Assembly: GCA_012839865.1 (NCBI GenBank)
Contig: DUMO01000051.1
Location: 162,008 to 226,007 of the forward strand
Length of the DNA: 64,000 nt
Direction: 5' to 3'
Source: Clostridiaceae bacterium
GTDB lineage: Bacteria; Bacillota; Clostridia; CAYPLH01; DUMO01
Shown here: one piece after another, positions 59,010 through 64,000 of the stretch
Position numbering within the stretch: position 1 is the first letter of the stretch
Layout of the letters: each line of letters starts with the position of its first letter
Position numbers and translations under genes: made by a program
Notes under the pieces: generated by a model
Told to the model about the DNA's origin: nothing
What the model saw: only the letters and a program-made list of their open reading frames with translations
Databases searched by the model: none

Positions 59010-61700
59010 TTATTTTGTTTCATACCAATTTTTACCCCAATGCACGTCAACACATAGAGGCACCTTCAACTTGACCGCATTTTCCATACAATCTTTAAGT
59101 ATATCTATCACCTGGTCTTTTTCTTCATTATGGGCTTCAATTATCAATTCATCATGAACCTGAAGAATCAGGCGCGATTTCATCTTTTTCTCCTTAAGGG
59201 CATTATATACCTTAACCATGGCAATTTTGATGATATCTGCCGCACTGCCCTGTATGGGCGTGTTCATGGCTATTCTCTGCCCGAAGGAACGTATATTGAA
59301 ATTTTTAGACATAAGCTCCGGAAGATACCTTCTCCTGCCGAATAAAGTTGTAACAAACCCATTCTTTTTTCCTTCTTCCACGGCATTGTCCATATACTGC
59401 TTTACTCCCCGGTATTTATTAAGATAACCGTCTATATACCTTCTGGCTTCCTTCCTGGTTATCCCAAGGTCTTTGGCAAGACTGAAATCACCTATTCCAT
59501 ATACAATTCCAAAGTTAACAGCCTTTGCCCTGCTCCTTAAAAGCGGGGTTACCGCTTCCCTGGGTACATCAAAAACTTTTGATGCCGTATCCGCATGAAT
59601 ATCCTCGTTGCGCATGAATGCCTCTATCATATTTTCATCATTGCTGATATGGGCAAGGACTCTTAGTTCAATCTGACTGTAGTCAGCATCTACAAGCACA
59701 TAGTCTTCGTTTGTCGGGATGAAAACCTTTCTGATTTTTCTGCCGGCATCCAGTTTTATCGGTATATTCTGCAAGTTGGGTTCCGTGCTGCTGATTCTTC
59801 CTGTGGCAGTAACCGATTGGTTAAAACTTGAGTGCACTTTGCCCGTTTTTATATCAATTACGTTTAACAGGCCTTCCGCATAAGTTGATTTAAGTTTCAT
59901 CAGTTGCCGGTATTCAAGTATTTTGCGAACAATTTCATGCTTGTCTTCCAGGGATTCAAGCACTTCTGCATCCGTCGACCAGCCAGTTTTTGTCTTTTTG
60001 CCGGCAGGCAGCCCCAGCTTGTCAAAAAGTATTGCTCCCAACTGCTTCGGTGAGTTTATTTTGAACTCTTCCCCTGCAAGAGCATAAATTTCGCTTATAA
60101 GTTGTGCTATTTTATCATCAAGCTCTTTGGAGTATTCAACAAGTCCGTCAGCATCAATCCTGAAACCATGATATTCCATTTCAGCAAGTACAAAAATAAG
60201 AGGCAGTTCGATATCATAATACAGGTTTTCCTGATTGTTTTCCCTGATTTTCTTATCGAGTTCCGCTGATATTTTAAGTATTGCCTCCGCCTGGATACCT
60301 GCAAAAGCAGAAAGCTTTCCTGTTTCAATCTGCGAAAGGGGGATGAAATTCTTCCCCTTGCCCGTCAGGCTTTCCATGGATTCTATATTGACGCCGCAGT
60401 ATTCATTCGCCAACTCATTAACATTATATGAGTCCCGGGTTGGATTAATTATATATGCCCCCACCAAAGTATCAAATGCCAGCCCGTCAAATTCGATATC
60501 TTTTTTCTTCAAATATACAAGGAAATCTTTTATATCATGGGTGTATTTTTTTATGCTGCTGTTTTCAAAAATATCTGAAAAAATTCCGAGAAAGCATTCT
60601 TCACTTATGCAGTTTAAAATATCAATGTAGAAAATTCTGTCCTCATCCAGAGCAATGCCAAGACCAATTAGTTTGTGATTGAAAATGCCCGGTTTCTCCA
60701 TTAGATAACATAAAGAAAAACAGCCTCTTTCCATAATTAATTCCCTGATTTTTTCAAGGCATGCGGAATCCTTTATGCAGTCAACTGAAGCAAACTTTAC
60801 CGGCTTTTCTTCTTTCCCGGTATCATCAAGATTGAACTTTTCAATCAGACTCTTAAACTCCAGCCTTTTAAAAAGCTCCCTCAACCTGATCCTGTCAGGC
60901 TTAAATGTAAAATCATCAAAACTCCAGGACTGTCTGATGCCGGTATCAATCGTAGCCAGCTTTTTGCTGATGAAAGCTATCTCTTTGCCGGCCTCAAGTT
61001 TTTCTCTGATACTGTCCCGTGCTACTTTGTCCAGATTGTCGTAAAGGTTCTCAATGCTTCCAAAGTCCTTTATAAGGCTGAAGGCAGTCTTATCTCCTAT
61101 GCCCTTAACACCGGGAATATTATCTGATTTGTCGCCCATCAGCCCTTTTGCATCAATAATTTGGGTGGGTGTAACCCCAAACCTGTCAATTACAGCATTA
61201 TAATCATATTCTTCAGTTTCAGTCCTGCCATCCTTTTTAGTGGGAATTTTTACTCTTGTGTGTTCTGTCACCAGTTGAAGCGCGTCCCTGTCTCCGGTAA
61301 TTATAACCGTATCTACTCCCTGTTCCTCCGCCCATCTTGCCAGGGAGCCTATTATGTCATCGGCCTCAAAACCCTCAATTTCCACCTGCTTGATATTCAT
61401 CGCATCCAGAACTTCCTTTATTATTGGAAGCTGCATTGCGAGTTCATCCGGCATGCCAATCCTGTTGGCTTTATATTCGGCAAATTCCTTGTGCCTGAAA
61501 GTAGGCCCTTTCAGGTCAAATGCCACGCAAATGTAATCAGGTTTTTCTTCTTCCTGAAATTTGTTAAGAATATTAATAAATCCATAAACTGCATTTGTAT
61601 AAATCCCATCAGACGTTGACAGTAAAACAGGTGTTTTAAGCCCGTAAAAAGCCCGGTTTAAAATACTGTTTCCATCAATGAGCATAAGTTTCGGCGCCAT
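59010..61700 (-). CDS. polA: DNA polymerase I
   Basis: 896 aa. 5'-3' exonuclease domain (LIDGNSILNRAFY), a 3'-5' exo-like domain, and polymerase motifs DYSQIELRVLAH, RSRAKAVNFGIVYG and QVHDEL. Confidence 0.97.
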   Translation of the reverse strand: MAPKLMLIDGNSILNRAFYGLKTPVLLSTSDGIYTNAVYGFINILNKFQEEEKPDYICVAFDLKGPTFRHKEFAEYKANRIGMPDELAMQLPIIKEVLDAMNIKQVEIEGFEADDIIGSLARWAEEQGVDTVIITGDRDALQLVTEHTRVKIPTKKDGRTETEEYDYNAVIDRFGVTPTQIIDAKGLMGDKSDNIPGVKGIGDKTAFSLIKDFGSIENLYDNLDKVARDSIREKLEAGKEIAFISKKLATIDTGIRQSWSFDDFTFKPDRIRLRELFKRLEFKSLIEKFNLDDTGKEEKPVKFASVDCIKDSACLEKIRELIMERGCFSLCYLMEKPGIFNHKLIGLGIALDEDRIFYIDILNCISEECFLGIFSDIFENSSIKKYTHDIKDFLVYLKKKDIEFDGLAFDTLVGAYIINPTRDSYNVNELANEYCGVNIESMESLTGKGKNFIPLSQIETGKLSAFAGIQAEAILKISAELDKKIRENNQENLYYDIELPLIFVLAEMEYHGFRIDADGLVEYSKELDDKIAQLISEIYALAGEEFKINSPKQLGAILFDKLGLPAGKKTKTGWSTDAEVLESLEDKHEIVRKILEYRQLMKLKSTYAEGLLNVIDIKTGKVHSSFNQSVTATGRISSTEPNLQNIPIKLDAGRKIRKVFIPTNEDYVLVDADYSQIELRVLAHISNDENMIEAFMRNEDIHADTASKVFDVPREAVTPLLRSRAKAVNFGIVYGIGDFSLAKDLGITRKEARRYIDGYLNKYRGVKQYMDNAVEEGKKNGFVTTLFGRRRYLPELMSKNFNIRSFGQRIAMNTPIQGSAADIIKIAMVKVYNALKEKKMKSRLILQVHDELIIEAHNEEKDQVIDILKDCMENAVKLKVPLCVDVHWGKNWYETK

Positions 61701-61930
61701 TTTCCCACCTCAAATTATTTAAGTTTTCCAAAGCATTAAAATTATCAGCAAAAGCCCGGTATAATCACTTTTATTATTCTCTTTACAAGTGAATACCATA
61801 AGAACCCTGAAGTAATAAGAACCAACTTCGCATTACATATTGCTGATGGAATTGCTTTGTCTCATATGTTTTATGTGAAGTTCAATCAAAATACTTTTGG
61901 GTATTTTCCATATTATTTATTTTACACAAT

Positions 61931-61989
61931 AAAAAAACAACCGTAAAGCCCGCAGCACCATAACTGTTTGCATCCGGAATCTTACGGTT
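61931..61989 (-). terminator. Weak second terminator-like hairpin upstream of polA
   Basis: The - strand reads AACCGTAA, 35-nt loop, TTACGGTT, followed by GTTTTTTT. The large loop makes this doubtful. Confidence 0.3.
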
Positions 61990-62025
61990 CAGTATAAAAA
62001 ACATTGTCAATAAAGGTAATCCCGT

Positions 62026-62058
62026 AAAAAAGCCCCTGATACCAGAAGTATCAGAGGC
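62026..62058 (-). terminator. Rho-independent terminator of the sigma/anti-sigma operon
   Basis: The - strand reads GCCTCTGATAC-TTCTG-GTATCAGGGGC followed by TTTTTT. Confidence 0.65.
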
Positions 62059-62140
62059 TAAGCCTAAAACCGTGCTTTTTACTTATCATTGCAACCTATT
62101 CCCTGTTTTAATGGACTGACCGGAAAGATATATACATGCC

Positions 62141-63241
62141 TTATTGTCCCGGAACACCGACTGTTTGCTCAACTATTTCATTTTGTACCAGTTCTATGGA
62201 CACAATTATATATTCGTATTCCTGTCTCAGCATTTCCAGTTCAGCTTCCAGTTGGGCTTTCATGCTTTTAAGCTGGCTTATTTTTTCACTGTCGGTTGTA
62301 TTGTTAATTTCAGCATCTGTATCATTAATACTTTTTTCCACTTCTTCAATTCTCTTGCTGATTAATTCCAAATCCGCATTTTTCAACACAACAAGGGTTG
62401 GAAAATTTGCATTAAGAACATCCATAAATTTGCCGTATTTTGCATTAACTATTTTATACTTTACTATCAAGGCTTGCCCGGTATCTCCATTCCAGTCTTC
62501 ATTTTCATCAGTTAAGCCTTCGTTGCCGGAGTTCCTTTGTAAAAGGCTTGCTCCTGTATCCGCCGCAAATTCTTCAAGTTTAACAAATTCCTTTTCAGGT
62601 TCTTTTACCAATATCTCAATATCAGTTCTGTTGGAGGGTACAGCCTCGGTAAACGACATCTGAAATGACGCGGTTTGAGGTTTCGGCAATCTTTGTGAGT
62701 CCAGGGCTTCTGTAGGTCTTATGCTTTTTTGTTCGGTATTGACTTCTTTTTCGGAACCTTTACCGGTATATTTATCGGAAAGTCCTTCTTCTGTTTTGGC
62801 ATAGTCGTCAACACCGGTTATGCTGAATCCGTTTTCCGACATTCCGCTCCCGGCATAATCCCTGGCTAAATTGTCAAACTTTGCATTGTCTCCGAAAAAG
62901 CCGCGCATTGCCAATGTTATAATAATCACCGCCGCTGCCGAAGAACATATGCTGATAATCTTGCGATACCTTAAAGCTATGTTTCTTACAGAAGTATTTT
63001 CTTTATCAGCTATAGTTGCAAGTTTTTCATGGAGCTTTGAATTAAAGTCATCCGGTAATTCCACTTCTTTCATATCAGCACATATGCCGGTTATAACCTT
63101 CAATTCTTCAAGCTCACACCTGCAGGTTTCACATGTTTCTATATGCAGCAAAAGTTCTGCTTCACTTCTATCATCCAGCATTCTGTCAATATAGAGGCTC
63201 ATTGATTCTTTCGCCGCATTGCACTCTTTCATTTTCTCCAA
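62141..63241 (-). CDS. Anti-sigma factor, zf-HC2 type, single-pass membrane protein with a long extracytoplasmic domain
   Basis: N-terminal H-x3-C-x2-C motif (LLLHIETCETCRCEL), one TM (IISICSSAAAVIIITLAM), and a C-terminal coiled-coil-rich segment. Starts 15 nt after the sigma gene stop. Confidence 0.8.
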   Translation of the reverse strand: MEKMKECNAAKESMSLYIDRMLDDRSEAELLLHIETCETCRCELEELKVITGICADMKEVELPDDFNSKLHEKLATIADKENTSVRNIALRYRKIISICSSAAAVIIITLAMRGFFGDNAKFDNLARDYAGSGMSENGFSITGVDDYAKTEEGLSDKYTGKGSEKEVNTEQKSIRPTEALDSQRLPKPQTASFQMSFTEAVPSNRTDIEILVKEPEKEFVKLEEFAADTGASLLQRNSGNEGLTDENEDWNGDTGQALIVKYKIVNAKYGKFMDVLNANFPTLVVLKNADLELISKRIEEVEKSINDTDAEINNTTDSEKISQLKSMKAQLEAELEMLRQEYEYIIVSIELVQNEIVEQTVGVPGQ

Positions 63242-63255
63242 CCCTCCTTTCTACA

Positions 63256-63849
63256 CTATTTGACGTAATACCCTTTTAAAAGTTCCTCGTTTTTTTGAAG
63301 TATTTGCTTCAAAGAAAGCCTTGCCCTGTTGATTCTGGATTTTACAGTACCTTCCGGGCAATTCAAAATTCTGGCTATTTCTTCATAGCTGAATCCCTGA
63401 ATATCCCTCATAACTATAACAATCCTGTGGTCTTGGGACAGTTCCTGGATTGCTTCATGAACTATCTTTTTGACTTCATTTTTTTCAGCAATTATATCAG
63501 GTTGAGGCCTGTCATCTTCAATTTGCCGCTGCATCTCATTATTATCATATTTTATATCTTCATCTATATAAACAATTTTCTTGTTTTTTCTTTTTCTCAA
63601 CTCGTCAAAACAAACATTTTTAGTAATACTGTAAACCCATGTGGAAAAAGACGATTGACCTTTGAACTTCCGGAGGGATTTAAATACCTTTATAAAAACC
63701 TCCTGGGCTAATTCACTGGCATCGTCATAGTTCCCGACAAGCCTGTAAGCAATATTGAAAACCCTTTTCTGGTAGCCTTCAATCAATTTTTCAAATGCTG
63801 CAATGTCACCTTCCTGGGACTTTTTGAGCAGCACTTGTTCTTCAACCAC
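63256..63849 (-). CDS. ECF-type sigma-70 family RNA polymerase sigma factor
   Basis: Region 2 reads FEKLIEGYQKRVFNIAYRLVGNYDDASELAQEVFIKVFKSL...FSTWVYSITKN. Region 4 HTH reads FSYEEIARILNCPEGTVKSRINRARLSLKQIL. The preferred start is GTG 63849, 7 nt after GGGAGG. ATG 63867 is the alternative, and the track start 63999 is unlikely. Confidence 0.88.
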   Translation of the reverse strand: MVEEQVLLKKSQEGDIAAFEKLIEGYQKRVFNIAYRLVGNYDDASELAQEVFIKVFKSLRKFKGQSSFSTWVYSITKNVCFDELRKRKNKKIVYIDEDIKYDNNEMQRQIEDDRPQPDIIAEKNEVKKIVHEAIQELSQDHRIVIVMRDIQGFSYEEIARILNCPEGTVKSRINRARLSLKQILQKNEELLKGYYVK

Positions 63850-64000
63850 ATTTTGACCTCCCTTCATCGGAAGCTTGCCCTGTAATTTGTTTTCCTTGCT
63901 AAATAAGCTGTTCATATCCTGAGGGTCTTTATAAGGCCCATAATAAATGCTTAATTTGTATATTTCTACTACACCAAGGCAAGTTCTTGGGTCTGACAAA

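Noticed and set aside
1-64000. CRISPR arrays, rRNA genes, intact IS elements or transposases, prophage or defence-system gene clusters
   Set aside because: No regularly spaced direct repeats, no rRNA-like sequence and no transposase, integrase or phage-structural ORF were seen. The only mobile-DNA trace is the weak recombinase-like remnant at about 11991..12275. Every large ORF has an ordinary housekeeping or metabolic assignment.

Overview
This is an AT-rich chromosomal segment that looks like a low-GC Firmicutes genome, probably a spore-forming Clostridia (inferred from spoIIP, remA, CIRCE/hrcA, ppdK and Bacillus-like gene order). Almost everything is core housekeeping on the minus strand. 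Reading right to left on that strand:
- ECF sigma and anti-sigma, then polA-coaE-lytic transglycosylase.
- A short plus-strand block: PRC-barrel protein, a 58-aa membrane protein, an AI-2E permease, and a T-box leader in front of aroF.
- alaS-hinT, then rpsU (missed by the ORF track).
- recJ-apt-relA-dtd-MBL hydrolase-HemZ-like radical SAM-NUDIX, then hisC, DUF218, an AICAR-transformylase-only purH homologue and a beta-lactamase-fold hydrolase.
- hisS-aspS, lepB, then spoIIP-(yqxA position)-lepA-hemW-hrcA-grpE-dnaK-dnaJ-prmA-rsmE.
- yicC-remA-gmk-rpoZ-glyQS, then ppdK.

The left ~12 kb looks accessory. It holds GH20 and GH2-like glycosidases, a PfkB kinase, a HAD hydrolase, an AraC regulator, a PadR/DUF1700-RDD pair, a class IV aminotransferase, a lone tRNA-Gln and a 950-bp ORF-free tract with a possible recombinase remnant. 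It ends at rimM-trmD on the left edge.

I see no rRNA, no CRISPR array, no intact mobile element and no recognisable defence or toxin system, and I cannot support a claim of a novel multi-gene system. The unexplained signals are all non-coding:
- Five copies of a GC-rich ~20-bp unit just after aroF.
- A 26-bp perfect inverted repeat between the NUDIX gene and hisC.
- Four copies of a CAATCAGCT half-site around rpsU.
- A T-box leader on aroF with an off-register specifier codon, while glyQS, hisS-aspS and alaS have no T-box.

Several ORF-track starts were trimmed to starts supported by a ribosome-binding site (SD).
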